From assembly GCA_013239625.1 (NCBI GenBank), contig MU056000.1:1178001-1242000 (forward strand): a stretch of DNA of 64,000 bases. The letters run 5' to 3'. Each line of letters starts with the position of its first letter. The stretch's first letter is position 1. The translations under genes were made by a program, and so were the position numbers. Positions 48,286 through 60,975 of the stretch are shown one piece after another. Under the pieces are notes generated by a model. It saw only the letters and a list, made by a program, of their open reading frames with translations, was not told the origin of the DNA and made no database searches. This stretch comes from Lama guanicoe. Its lineage: Eukaryota.

Positions 48286-49799
48286 GCAGTCTCCCGGCTC
48301 GCCCGGCCCCCTCGGGTCACAGGAGCTGGACGCAGAGAGGGCGGCTGCAGGGGCTGGGGTGCCAGTGATGCAGGAGCCGGGGAGCATCTTTGCAAGGACC
48401 GTGACAATGGTGCTGCGAGTCAAGGTTAAACCCATCTGGGTCCTCAGGCTGTGCGGCGGGTCTCCAAGTGCTTTATGTTGCACAACAGCCCGGGAGGTAG
48501 ATACCGGGTACAATGATGTCCCAGTAAGCAGGGGTGAAAACTGACCTGGAGGACAGGGAAGGATCCCACGGGGGCAGAGCTCCACCTGCCGCCCCACAGG
48601 GCCAGGGAGCCCCCCAGCCGTCTGTCACCCACTTCCCGGAGCTCTCAGCTGCAGTTCTGTTTGGTTTTGTTTCTGTCTTGTCACCTGTATGTGAACATTC
48701 CAGAATGGAATGGGCATTCCAGAAGAAGGTGCCTATTCCACACCATCCTTTGGTCCAAGGATCCAATCCCAACCTTTTCCAAGCTCCTCCCCAGCCGCAT
48801 CCTCCTCTTGCAAGGACGCCTGTGGGTGGTGCATGTCCTCATCTCCGGCCATCTCGGCACCCTGCAGCCCACCTCAGCCAATGTGCCTTCCAGTTGCTGG
48901 AACTGGGAGCGTCCCGCAGTGGGAAGCATTGCTTCCAAGCACTCCCCACCTGGGCTGGGCTCTTATTCAATCTGCGCAGAGTTTCTTTGTTATTAGCAGA
49001 GGGATCCTTCTAGAAGATCCAGGACTTGACATATTCTGTGTGTGGCAGTAATGAAAAGACGCCCCCAAAGGGTTAGCTGCAGGTGGACACACCCTCCCCT
49101 CCTCCCACCAACCCCAGAGGAGGTGGAGCTGTGAACTGAGGGTCCTCAAGGTCACTGCTAACTCCAGGGCTATCCCCTCCCTATGTCGTCTGCCTCCCCC
49201 CACCCCCGGGCAGCCAACAGAGGTGCATTTGCCATGCTGTGCAGAGAGACTGGGGGTGTGTGCAGATGGTCTGTGATTTGATCTGAGCGGCACGCTTTCT
49301 GTGCCACGCAGGTGTACGTCAGGCTCTGAGCTGGTGGATCGGAGCCCAGGGACGCCACCTGCCCTACTGCCTCCCTCCACCCTCGCGTCCTTCTTTGCGT
49401 GTCCTGAGAGAATCCGTCTGCCTGGATCATGTGTGCGTGAGAGCGTGATGAGTGATGCTTTTACTCTGCAGGGGAGACCCAGGAGGATTTCAGCCTCATG
49501 CCCACGTCATCCAAGCCCTGGATGCATCATTTCTCCAAAAGCTGTCTCCCTGTCTCGCCTTCCTAGACGTTCTCTTTTCTGTCCTCCTCTGACCTGGCTG
49601 ATAGCAGCGGTCCACCCATGCTCCCCAAATCCCACTCCTTTTTTATGCAGAGACATTTATGGGATGCTAGCTTGCATTTCTACACCCAGGGATTCAGCAA
49701 AAACAGGCACTAACAAAAGCAGAGAGACAAAAAACACCAGCTAAGACATCTCCGGTTAGAAGGCTCTGTGGGTGGAGATACTATGTTGCTTCTGTGGCC

Positions 49800-50127
49800 T
49801 GTGTCTTTAGAGAGAGGAGAGAGAGAATTTAAGAAATTAACGTATGCAGTGCTGGAGGCTTAGAGAGTGTAAAATCTGCAGGGTGGGCCAGCAGGCTGGA
49901 GACTCAGGGCAGAGATGCACTTCATCTTCCGGGAGGTTAGTCTTTGTTCTCGCCAGGCCTTCAACTGATTATATGAGGCCCACCCATATTAGGCTTTATT
50001 CAAAGTCCACCAATTTTAATGTTAATTTCACTCAAAAAACACCACCATAGAAATATCCACAAAAATACTCGACCCCATATCTGGGCTCCATGGCCCAGCC
50101 AAGATGACACAAGAAACAAACTATTGC
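49800..50127 (-). mobile_element. MLT2 (ERVL) LTR
   Basis: aaaatctgcagggtgggccagcaggctggagactcagggcagag; ggccttcaactgattatatgaggcccaccc; atatctgggctccatggcccagccaagatgacaca. Confidence 0.85.
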
Positions 50128-50789
50128 TGGAAGACTGGGGCACATGCTTAAGCTGACCCCATGGTGCTTTACATACACGTGGCTCTCCTGGCGTTGTGGC
50201 AGAGGGTTGCCAATAAAAGGCTCATTCAGGGCACTGCTCTCAGCCCTGCTGCACTTCCAGCCCACATCCCTCACCCACATTGCATCCAGTGCACCTGCGT
50301 CACACAGGTGAGCATTACCCGTGGGGGAGGGGGGCGGCCTTTAACGCTGAAGCATCACTGAGTAGAACAGGCCCTGGGCCCACCCTTTCTGAGCCGTGGA
50401 ACTCAGGCAGGACGCTCCCAGATCCCAACATGATCTATGTTTTGTAATTAGACCTAAACTCTTGCTTGTCATGCAGGCTTTTCCAGAGACTTGGTCTTTT
50501 TATAGCATTTTAAAAAAGTTTGATTTTAACTGACTGAAGAGGCGCAAACAGAGAAGGGGCCGAGGGCTTGATGCACGTTGCAAAGAGGTGGTTGTCACTC
50601 TCCCAACGCAGCTTGGAAGATGGGCGCAGACGTGTACCCCCATCGGGCTGGTTCTGCCCCCCGCGGCGTCACTGTCTTCCTTTCCAGAGTGGCTGCCATG
50701 CGTCCGGGGCGTCCGGGCCATCCGGTCCCCGCTGGACCAGTTGCAGAAGGGGGGCGGCTTCCTCTGCACTGCAGGAGCGGCTGGAATGC

Positions 50790-50925
50790 CCTGGGTAAGT
50801 GTTATTGATTTCAGAGCAGCAGGCTTATTTCTTGGCAGCATGATTGCATTTCTAGCTAGCCAGTTCCCATTGAATTAATTTTTGTTGTTCTGTGTTTGAA
50901 GTTCAGACGGGAATAATTGGCCTGC
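50790..50925. promoter_or_regulatory. Small candidate conserved non-coding element
   Basis: gttattgatttc, catgattgcat, cattgaattaatttt and aataattgg in a unique AT-rich island. Confidence 0.3.
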
Positions 50926-51574
50926 AAAGGACTCCTTGCCTTCCCGCCGAGTGATGAAGCTGGAGGCAGGCACCTCCCCGCCTCACCAGGGAAAGGTTGG
51001 TTTTGAAGCCTTTTGCGACTTCCAGGAGACCGTTCTGACTCTGCCTGCCATCAGCGGTGGATGAGGCAGGATGGCAGGTGGACACTGCGCTGCTGATCTC
51101 CAGCTGTTTGTGGCCCGTGAGGAGGCGGCTCTGGGGGACCCTATGCCCTGTGTGGGGGAGGTTTGCCGCCTTTGATTCCCCTGAGATCCAGTGCTTTGGG
51201 TTTGCGGTGTGAGCTAGAGGTGGGGGCGGGGGACCACTAGGGCATCGTGAAATTCCACTTTCCAGACCTCACAGCCTCCCTGATCTGCGAGCCTCCCCAG
51301 TCACCCGCTCACAGGCTGCACTTCAAAGCAGCCAGCTCCTCTGATCCCTCCTGTCCCTGCTTGGCTTTGTTTTCATTCTCTGCTCCTTTCAGATCAGGCC
51401 TTGGTGCTACCTGTGCTCAGAGATGTCAGGACTTCCTCTCTCCATCCTCACATGACATGGGGATGCCTTGGACTTGGGGGCACCTCCTGTGCTCAGGGGC
51501 CAGCCTCCTTGGCTGGGCAGGACAGCCCCTGGTGAGCATGGTGGTCAGTGTGACAGTCGGTAGTTTTGTGACTG

Positions 51575-51670
51575 TAACTCGATCTACCTCACAAGGCTTC
51601 TGGGGAAATAAATGAGGTAATGTGCAGGAGGGCTCTCTGGGTGCCTGGGAGCGCTGCATGGATGCTGGCC
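51575..51670 (+). mobile_element. MIR fragment
   Basis: atctacctcacaaggcttctggggaaataaatgaggtaatgtgcagg resembles the MIR core. Confidence 0.6.
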
Positions 51671-52677
51671 GCTCTCACTGTCAGTGACGTGTGTGTGGCC
51701 GGTGGGGGCCAGGCACTGCCCTCTCCATTTCCCTCAGGTCTGCTTCCTACCGAGGTCAAAGCACTGGGTGTGTGATGGGGCACCGGAGGCCACGTACGTA
51801 CCTGCAGGTGTCCACAGCTCACCCGAGCCCCTAACCCGCTCCTATCTATTTGCAGAGATTCAAGGAGAAGCCACAGCCTTTTCAAAACATTGAGCATTGA
51901 GCTGATAGTTTAGAAATCAGTTGTTTTCTCATTGAAAATGGAGGGGTCCTGGCTGGGGGCTTGGACGCAACACTGTTTTATCTGCAGCCCAGGTTTAAAC
52001 CAGTCATACTGCAGTGGTACATGGCCCAGGGTCTTGGTACCAAGGTTCAGGGATTCTCCTGGGCGGTGTCTGCAGGGCAGGGGGCAGCGGGCAGGGAGGG
52101 GAGCTGAGTGGTCTGGACCCTCGCTTCATCCCACAGCGGCCGGGAGGAGTTCTCCACGGGTGTGTGGAAGCTGGTGAGGATGAACGCGGGGAGTCAGTGT
52201 GAGAGCGGTCCTAGTCGGGCAGGGCTGGGGCCACGGGGGGCTCACTGCGGCTGGTGTCCTGGGAGCTGACGGAGTAGGAGGTGTTTCAGGGCCCACGGAT
52301 CTTGTTTGTTTTGGTACCTGAACTTTCTGGAAATTGAATTCATTATAAATGCCTACAACACATGCCCGTCTTTTAACCCAGTTGTAATTCTGCTAAACTT
52401 CCGTGCGGTAACCCCACCTTCCCTCCTGTGCTGACGAAATCAGGTGAAGAGGCTTCTAGAAGTGAAAACTCATTTTGGTTTCCGGAAAGAGCAGGCTCAG
52501 CAACAGGGAAAGCGGGTGGGCGGCTCGCCTCCTGTCTGCCGACTGTCCGTCCTGAGAGCTGCCTCGCCTGCAGGAGGCCGGGGGACCCCACGAACGCAGA
52601 TGCTCCCCCACTTCTGGTCACGTCCCCGACTCTGCGTCTGAGCGGAAACCCCGCGCTCGGCTGCCGAAGCGAACGCG

Positions 52678-52711
52678 GGTGCCATCTAGTGGCAACGCGA
52701 TTGCACTGCAG
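52678..52711 (-). promoter_or_regulatory. CTCF binding site with upstream (zinc finger 9-11) module
   Basis: Minus strand CTGCAGTGCAATCGCGTTGCCACTAGATGGCACC: core CCACTAGATGGCACC fits CCASYAGRKGGCRSY exactly, with TGCAG 13 nt upstream; CpG-rich surroundings. Confidence 0.8.
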
Positions 52712-53419
52712 ACACGTGTTCCCTGGGCCCTAGGCTCAGACTTGCTGGCTCACTCACTCACTCATTCAACAGGTGCTGTTCCGGGACTTTACCTGGAAAG
52801 ATAACGGTCACTACAGATTTATTATGTCTCTTAAAAGCTAGACATTCCTAAATTTTTCAGATGGAAGCTTCCAGTCCAGCGCCTCCTCCAAACTTTGCAT
52901 CTTGACTGCAGTGTCCCCCCCGGGCAGCCGTCCAGCGTCTCTGTGAGCCCTCCCGGTGGCAGCAAACTCACCTGATCATTTCCACTCCATAGGGTCATGC
53001 CGAGGCTGGGAAGGAGCTGGACCATTTGGCTGACGCCCTCAGTGTGCAGGTGGGAGGAAGAGGAGCCTGAGTGGCCCTCGGGCAGTGAGTCTGAGTCAGG
53101 CTAACCCTGGGCTCTCCTTATGTGACCCGCCGGGCTTCCTCTGGCAACACTTAGCAGACTTCTCCTTCCTCCCTTTTTTCCTCCCTTTCTCCCTCCTTCC
53201 CTTCATCACTTTTTCTCTCCTCTTCCTTCCTTTCCTCAACAAATGTTTTCCACCTCCCCACCTTATTTACCAGACACCATGCAGAGTAAATGCGAACCAC
53301 CTTAGGGGTTTGGGAGCAGTCTTCCTCGTGGGGAACGTGGTCAGTGGACAGGCAGTTACAGGGTCCTTTTAAAAAAATAGAGGACAGGCAGTGGGGAAAG
53401 CGGTGTGATCACTGCCCAC

Positions 53420-53597
53420 ACGGCTGACAGGGTCAGAACTCAACCCAGAGTGGCTTAAACAAGGAAACAAGACTGGCTCATAGCCTGGGGAGCCCAGGAT
53501 GGATGGTCCAGGAGCCTGGACTATGTCAACAGGATCCTTTCTCTTCATCTCTTGGCCCTGCTTCCCTCTCTGTGTTGGCCACTTTCTCCCCCCAACA

Positions 53598-53629
<32 letters not shown>

Positions 53630-53890
53630 GAGGCAGCCCAGGAGGGTGCGGCCACAGACGGAGCTGAAGCTGGAGGGAGAAAGCTCACCTCTCCTACATT
53701 TGCACTGTAATCCCAGGAAAGGACCAGCAGAACTGGCTGGGTTACCGTCCACCCAGAACCAAGACTGTGGAAGGTCTGAGGGGGTCTTGGCTGCCGCCTG
53801 TCTCTGCGGCCAGGAGGGGTGGGCGCTGTGCCTGGCACCCCTACCAGCACACTGTGATGGTATGGGGAGGGCAGTTCACTGAAAAGCAGG
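53420..53890 (-). mobile_element. MLT1J/K-like MaLR LTR
   Basis: tcagaactcaacccagagtggcttaaacaaggaaacaagactggctca; tctcttggccctgcttccctctctgtgttggcc. Confidence 0.55.
53601..53628. repeat. (GT)14 microsatellite
   Basis: Seen directly. Confidence 0.97.
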
Positions 53891-55039
53891 ACGTTGGGCA
53901 GATGCAAAGACTGGTGCTGCCTTAGTCACTCAGAGAAAACATCCGGGAGCAAGGAAGGTCAGACTCGGGACCGGAATGAGGTTGTCTCAGCCAAGAGGAT
54001 TGGGCGTGGGGACGGAAAATCGTGTTCTGGCTGGGGAACAGCACACGCCAAGGCCAGGGTGGTGAAGGGGACACTTGGGCCGCTGGGTGGGCTCTCACAG
54101 GATTCAGGAACATGGCCAGAGCTCAGGCTGAATGAAAACAGGGGCTTTGTGTTCCAGGGTATGCATTTGAGACTTCATTCAGGGGTAACTTGGGGCCACA
54201 GGTAGGTTTTAAGCACAAAAGTGATCTGTTGAGATTTTGATCTTACAAAGACGTTTGTGGTCGGCTGCAGGAAGAACTGAGCAAATCGGTGGCAGCAGCG
54301 TGGCCAGTCCAGAGGCAATAATCCAGGATGGGAAGGATGCGGCTGCACCAGGGTGTCGCCTGAAGTTCTAACTGGGAAGAGGCTCGTGTTACTCTTCCCA
54401 CATTTCTGGTCCAGAGAACTCAGGATGCACAAACCCGGGCCCCCTGGAGGGGCTCCATCATGGGGCCTGAGTTCCTCATGTGAAATGAAGGCATTGGAAT
54501 CGAGAGCTTCAGAGAACCTTTCCCTTCTGAAATCCTGTGTTTCATATTACATCATTAAAAGTGGGCAAGGATCCCTGTTCCTCTGCCCAGAAGAGGACAG
54601 AGTGGAGATGTGCTCACAGGTCAGGCCTCCCTTCTGCTCTCTCTGTAAAACCACTGAAATGCCATTCCCATAACATTCGTTTCCCACCAATTCCTTTGCG
54701 CTGAAATGTGCTGAATGTAATCGGCGTTTGAACTTTGCGCATCTCACGGCAACTCCTGCTGCAGAAGCACCCAAACGCGTGTGCTCTCTTACCCGGGGAC
54801 CCGCTTGCGCCGGGACTGCAGACGCTCAGAGCCTGCTCCCACAGACCTGCTCCTCCTTAGCTCATGGCAGCCGGCTGCAGAAGGCGGCTGCAGAGGCTGG
54901 TCGCTCTTTTCCCAGCCCCGGAGTGTGCGCAGTGACCTCACCCACTGCGGGAGAGGCCAATGGCAAATGGTGAACTTTGAGCAGAGGAGGAGGGGGCACG
55001 TTCACTTTCCCTGGCTCTGCATTTACTTCCAAGCTCTGC

Positions 55040-55650
55040 TTTGGGACTGGAAGATGAATTCTCCAAATGCCAAGTTCTTAGATTAAATGTTGTCTTTTTA
55101 AATCAAAAGTAAGCAAATCCCATGTAATGTGCCTGACGTGTATTTATTACAATGTTCTTTAGAAGCAATTTCCATCCTGATATGCCATGGCCTGGATTAT
55201 TATTGAAGAGTTAAGAAAAATGGAGAGAAGGGGATCAAGATTCTATTTTTCGGAGACGTAACTACAAAACGAATGGTGCATTATAAGAACATGAACACTG
55301 AGAAAGAATAGGGCTTAAACTATTAAACAGATAGATGTCAATTGTCAGCGGCTGCGGCTGGTTTCGCTAACACCCCCATCATCAAAATTATACAGCTGGA
55401 GCCGCGCACACCGTGGTTGTAAAACCTCTGGATGGGAAGGCTTTTATACGCTGTAGGGAAATAAATCCATCTGGAAATAATGCACATGATAATATGATTA
55501 ACTCTTACTTTTACAACTGAAAAACATACAATGGAATCAGAGGATATTATCATAAACAGCCAGCAACCTCCCACCTTAAATGAGCAAGTGCAAACGTCTC
55601 CGTTGGACTTTTTAATTTATTGGCGCAAGGAAAACTTACAGATGGAAGTC
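55040..55650. promoter_or_regulatory. Large candidate conserved non-coding element/enhancer
   Basis: About 600 bp unique AT-rich island; double MEIS/PBX half-site TGTCAATTGTCA (55336-55347), ATCAAAA, TGATTAA, TCATAAA, TTTAATTTATTGG and TGACGTG. Confidence 0.55.
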
Positions 55651-56599
55651 GGTCCCCTGGCCCCTCCTCAGAACCGTGCTGAGCCCTCCTCCCTGCACGA
55701 GCCTCCTGGTGCTTGACGTGTGCACGGCCCATGCCCTCATCTTGTACACGTGCGTACCTCTACTTTGCACCTGTACTCTTCACTTGAATAGCTTGCACAT
55801 CTGCACCTGGGTAGTATGTTCTGGACTTCGCTCTTTCTAGAACCCCCATGGAGCACAGAGCGCCTAGGAAGACACCCCGATGGGCTTAGCCGTCCGCACA
55901 CTGGAGAGCACGCGGGATCGTGCAGGCTTCCTGGGCTGTGCAACAAACGGCCACCAACCAGGAAACGGAGCAAGGGTTCATCGCCTCACAGTCCAGAGGG
56001 CAGCGTCTGCCGCAAGGTGTCCCGGGGCCACGCTGCCTCCTGAGGCCCGGGGAGGGGTCGGTCCTGGTGCGTCCAGGGGCCCGGCTGGCATCGGCCTCAC
56101 TCCAGGCTGCCTCCACCCTCGCGTGGCCCCTTCTACGGGGGTCTGCCCCAGACCTCCTTCGCCACCCTCCCACACGGACACACGAGACTGGCCTGGGGCC
56201 CCTGGATCAGCCCGAATAACCTCCTCCTCTGAAGGCCCTGAACTTGGCCTCCGTTCCCCACGTAGGAGGCGATGTCACTCTTTCTCCACGTGAAGCAATG
56301 CCCACAGCTTCCGGGGCGAGGTGACTGTATCTCGGCGGGGCGCTTTCCCGTTGGTCTCAGGCTGTCTCTCTCGGGATCTGACAACCGTTCTGTGGGGACT
56401 ATCATGGGTGGGATGTGCACCCGAGTAAGGCTTTCCTTGGGGGGCTGCCCTGGGGTTGGGACGGCCGAGCTGGCGTGCTGCTGGCTGTCCCCACCCCCAC
56501 GCCCCTCCCGCGGCCATGAGCCCCCGTCCTCACCCCCATCCAGCTGACAAACTTGAAAACGTTCACCAGCATCGCGGTTCAAGTGCCACTTCATCTGGA

Positions 56600-56790
56600 A
56601 AGGACCGCTCCCCCTTATTTCTAGACAAGTGTGGCGTGTTTCCTGCTCGGGGCGACGTCCCTGCTTCTTTCTTATTGGTCTCTAGGGAGTTCTTCCCCTA
56701 TTTTGGGTATTAATCTGCTTTGTCTGTTGCATACGATAAAACAGCTCTCAGGGTATCACTTCTTTAAAGCTTTGTTCACATTTGTTTTCC
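56600..56790 (-). mobile_element. L1ME ORF2 fragment, antisense
   Basis: ttcttattggtctctagggagttcttcccctattttgggtattaatctgctttgtctgttgcatacg. Confidence 0.5.
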
Positions 56791-56814
56791 TAAAGCTGAA
56801 GAGGCCCCACACCA

Positions 56815-57810
56815 GCCCCCTTGGAAGGAAGTTCTCGAATCTCAGCTCCACTCACTGCAAGTGACCTTTGGGTCCAAGGTTCAGTGGCCAATGGAGCAAA
56901 CGGCTGGAGGCACCCCGGGGACGCAAGTGGCCCTGTGAACTCCGGACTTCTGCTCGGAGCCCCACGTCAATTTATTTGTTCAGTTTTCACATTACATTCC
57001 TTCTACCTTGATGAGACATCCAGGGATCTGTTCCCAATCTTATTCTACAGGTTTCTGTTACTGTAAATTATGAAATACTACAAATTAGAAATCTACAGGT
57101 TTCTGTTCATATAAATTAGCAAGAGCTTGTGATTCTTTCTGTGTGCAGGCCACCCTGTGAGGGGGCACACTCCGTGCTCACCCCCGTACGGCCAGCTCAT
57201 CTTTCCCAGCCTGTCCTGCTGCCCAGCAGTGACCCAGACCTGTGTGAGCTCCTATCGCTGCAGGAACACCGGTGGCGGGGAGGTCTTGAGGAGAATCAGG
57301 GTCCCCTTCAGGTCAAGATCTCAGGAGAGATTGTCACAGGTTTTTTGGGCAAGGGGAGACTGACCCCTCTCGGGGTGGGTTATGTAAAGGAATTTTGGCA
57401 GAATGTGGGGGATTGAGTTTAAAGCCTCATCAGATTCTGCCCCAGTGTCCCCATTCCAAGTTTCTGGGTCCACACCCTTCCTGGTCAATGTCTTGCATTT
57501 AATATGACACCTTCACAAGTCGTGCACTCAATTTTGTGCTGTCATTTTTCCCTTTGCAGAAGTAGCCTGTGGACTTGGTCTGCAGAAGGTGCGACTTTAT
57601 AGCTGCAAAGGACACACCCGGATGTTGCTCACAGAAACTTTCTCACTCCTCACCTGGTCTTCGAGCTGGACATTCACAGCCGTGGGCTTATCATTCTTCT
57701 CCTCCAAGCTCTCCAGCAGGTGTAAGAAGCTTCCAAGACACCTCATAGCCCCTTGGGTTTTACTTCCACCAGAATGTTCTGAGTGAGCTGTGTCCACACC
57801 CAAGGGTCCG
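56815..57810 (-). mobile_element. ERVL/MaLR-type internal gag remnant
   Basis: Minus-strand translation gives LLESLEEKNDK (ORF 57597-57803), DPETWNGD (57447-57470), LANLYEQKP and TEPWTQR...EIRELP, colinear with recalled ERVL gag motifs; frameshifted. Confidence 0.8.
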
Positions 57811-58179
57811 GTGGTGGCCCTGGGGCACGGTTGTCAGCAGGACGCCGTCCAAAGACAAGGCAGGTGCACAGAGCAGAGGGTGGAGGAGCTGGACACCCTC
57901 TGAATTATTCACCAAACTGTTGCTGCTAAGCAGCAAGTCACTCTTCTCGATAAATCTGACCCAGCCCCGTGTGAAAACTAGGCTGTAGAGGAGGGCTGTG
58001 CGTTAGATTCTCGCAGACCAGCTCACTTTCAAATGCGTCCTTTTCCTTCTGAGTTTCCCTCCACGTTACTCTGTCGCACAACAACTCAGCCACGTGAATG
58101 TTCTGAAGTGAACAAAACGCTAAAACTATCCTGCCTTCCTCAGGAAAGAGTAGCAACTCTTCTAGTGAACAATGCAGGC

Positions 58180-59110
58180 AGCGTAAGGATGTTTCTCAAG
58201 TAAAAGCTGCACGACACACTGGCGAGTTTCCTCGCGTCCTTCGTGGAAGCCTGTCTGACCGTCCGTCGGAGGGCGCGCCGTGTGCCTCCCGTGTGTGGAG
58301 GCGCGGCGCCCGGTCTGCGTGAGGACTGGCCAAGGCGATTCTTGGGTCTTAGAGGCGTGCTCTTTTTTATTTTCATAAAGAAGACCCCAACTCAAAGCCT
58401 CAGCAGGGGCGGCAGGTCACGGCGGCCGACCTCGCGCCGCACGGACACAGGCAGCGCCGCCCCTGCAGTCGCGGCCTGGTCGATGAAGTTATCACGCGGT
58501 TACCACCAGCCGGCCCTTCATCATTCAGCGCCGCCTCCGGGTGTCTGCGGACGGGCGCTGCGCCTCGTCTGGGGGGGGGGCCCGGAGCTGGCAGGAGGGA
58601 GTGCGGGGACGGTGATCAGGGCGCCATGAATAATTGAGCTTTAATAATTTTCGCTGCATTTAGAAACCATTTCCCACACCTGTTACACGGCCAGAGTGCC
58701 TGCGGCCGCAAAGCCGGCCAGCCGCGACTCCCCGCGCTCGGCCGAGCCGGGCCGAAGCGAGGACGGGCGGCGGGGCGCCCGGGAGGAGGCGCGGGGAGGC
58801 CGAGGCGGCGGGGGCTGCGCTGTCGGCGAGGGGCTCTTCCACGGACCGAGAGCAGGCTGGGCCGGGCTGCCTCTAGGACCGCTTTACTACTGCTGGTTTT
58901 CATTGCAAGGGCAGTAATTTAATTATGAAGGCAATACTTACTGTAAACAAATTTTAAAAGAAAGTAAAAACCCCGTAAGACAAGACAGGTCAATACCCGC
59001 TCCTCTCCTGGGGTCTCCACCTTGGAGACGCAGAAGGGAGCACCGCTCTGCGCCGAGTCCAGGTGTCAGGACTGATGGCACCGCATGACCGAGACGGGCG
59101 GCTTGAAAGG
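58180..59110. promoter_or_regulatory. Orphan CpG island with embedded AT-rich motif cores
   Basis: Very dense CpG at about 58200-58870; cores ATGAATAATTGAGCTTTAATAATT (from about 58626), GTAATTTAATTATG (from about 58914) and FOX TGTAAACA 58942-58949. Confidence 0.65.
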
Positions 59111-59389
59111 GTTTGTTTATTCCAAAATGAGGCCTCTGGGGAGAGCAGAGTAGACTCCCCCACTGGCCTGAAAACGGCCTGAGAGGGCACAGAGAGGGGT
59201 TTGCACAGGGCCGCGGGTTCCCACACCTGGGCAGGGGCGAGTGGTCGCAACCTCCCACTGGTGCCAAAGTGGGGAACAGCCAGGCTGTCTTATCAGCTTG
59301 CCCACGTGGGGCAGAAGGGAGAAAGGGAGAGGAGAGGCTTAAGGCATAAACATTGAAAATGGAGTCATATTCTTTATTCTGCTTCTTTG

Positions 59390-60975
59390 GTCCTCTCACT
59401 GTAGGCAAACCATTCTGATATTTTCTATGAATAGATAAAAATGTTTTTACATGTGATCTGTATCTCGATCATCCATCCCCCATCCATCCCTCCATCCATC
59501 CGTCTGTCCATCATCCTTCCATCTGTCCATCCATCCATCATCCTCTTCTCATGCAGAAATGACATCATATCACACATACTTTTCTGAACTTGATTTTTCC
59601 ACTTAACGATGCGTCTGGAAAGACCTTGTCTACAGCCCTACCTGGTTCTCCGGAAGGCTTCCTGGCATCCCATGGCCCTCAGGGTGGCTATTCCCCGTCA
59701 CAAACCACCCTTGCATCCCAAGCTGGCGGGATGCTCTCCTGGAAGCTGATCACCAGGTCACAGGGCACACACATCACAGGTTCTGTGGCATAATGCCAAA
59801 CCACCTTCCAAAACTCTGCTCTAGAACACGCTGTGCCCGACAGGTTAGCAGAACCCCTGCTTTCTGTCACCCTTGTTGACGGGCATGGGGCGGGGGCACG
59901 GGGAACGAGCTACCCGTTTGCGTGTAAGCAAGTGTTGCAGATTCATTTGTATCTTTCCACATACTTATTCGTTGTTTTTATTTCTTGTTGCTCTGTGCTG
60001 CCAGTGTTTCCCAAATCCATCATTCATTTCTCATTAATGTGCAAAAAAATCCTTCTATAATACATGTTGCAAATATGCTTTCCAGTTGGTCATTTGACTG
60101 GAAATTTAAAATTTAACAACTCCATCTTTTATGAAACTGCTTGTTTTGTCATATTTAGAAACCCCTCCTCTAATAAAAAATTAGTCGTTTCTTTCTACTT
60201 ACGATTTTGTTCTAATAGCTAAACATTTGCATGTGCAACCTGGCGCTGCGACCAGAGCCCCGTACTCGCTCCGCGTGAGCCGGGGCCCCTCCTGAGCCAG
60301 CGTGTGGCTTCTCTCGGTGCCACTCAGAAGCCACTCGTGCCTTACCTGGTGACTTGCACTGCTGCTAGTCATCCAGAACTCTGCTTCACTTCTTATCCCA
60401 CATGTTTTATTCGGTCTGCGTGTTTTCTCTCTCATCCCACGGCTTTATATGTTGTGCTTAATAATCAACTTCGATGTCAAGTAAGGTGGCTTCTCTGAAT
60501 TACTCTTTCTCCTGAACTCTCCTGAGTATTTAAAAATGTTCACATTTCTAGAAGGTCTGTGGCATCATTACGTCACGTTAGACGGGTCCTCTCTCCACCA
60601 GCAAACTTGGACAGTTCTGTTGTTACTTACACTGGAAGTGCATAAAACCATGGAGTAATTTGGGTAGAAATGACGTTTCATGTAGGTGCCTTTTTAGCCA
60701 AGAGCAAGACCTGCTCCCACTCACTCAGCCTTCCGTCACGTCTTTGCACGATGCTGTCATGCTTTTGAAATACAGGCCCGGCGTCTCTCTTCGGGTTATT
60801 TGCAGGTGTTCTCATAGTTCCTTCATCGTGAACCGAATTGTTTCTTCCTTTGTATTTCTAGTTGGCATTGGTTTTTAAATAGGAAAAATATTGCTTTTGT
60901 GTTTTTATTGATTTTGTCTGTTGATGTTGTTTCATTTCCAGGGACGACCGAGTCACGACTGTCTCCTTTTCTCGC
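59390..60975 (-). mobile_element. Decayed L1ME-type element, antisense
   Basis: catacttttctgaacttgatttttccacttaac; atgccaaaccaccttccaaa; tgttgcaaatatgctttccagt; ttttgtcatatttagaaacccctcc; tttctagttggcattgg. Confidence 0.6.
59468..59543. repeat. Degenerate (TCCA)n simple repeat
   Basis: atccatcccccatccatccctccatccatccgtctgtccatcatcc seen directly. Confidence 0.8.

Larger units (their letters stand above)
53200..54360 (-). mobile_element. L2 fragment, antisense, interrupted by an MLT1 LTR
   Basis: caacaaatgtttt tail region; gttctggctggggaacagcacacgccaaggcc; ggttttaagcacaaaagtgatctgttgagatttt; gcaataatccaggatgggaaggatg. Confidence 0.6.

Noticed and set aside
57597-57803. Possible host-gene exon (LLESLEEKNDK)
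   Set aside because: Explained as an ERVL/MaLR gag remnant.
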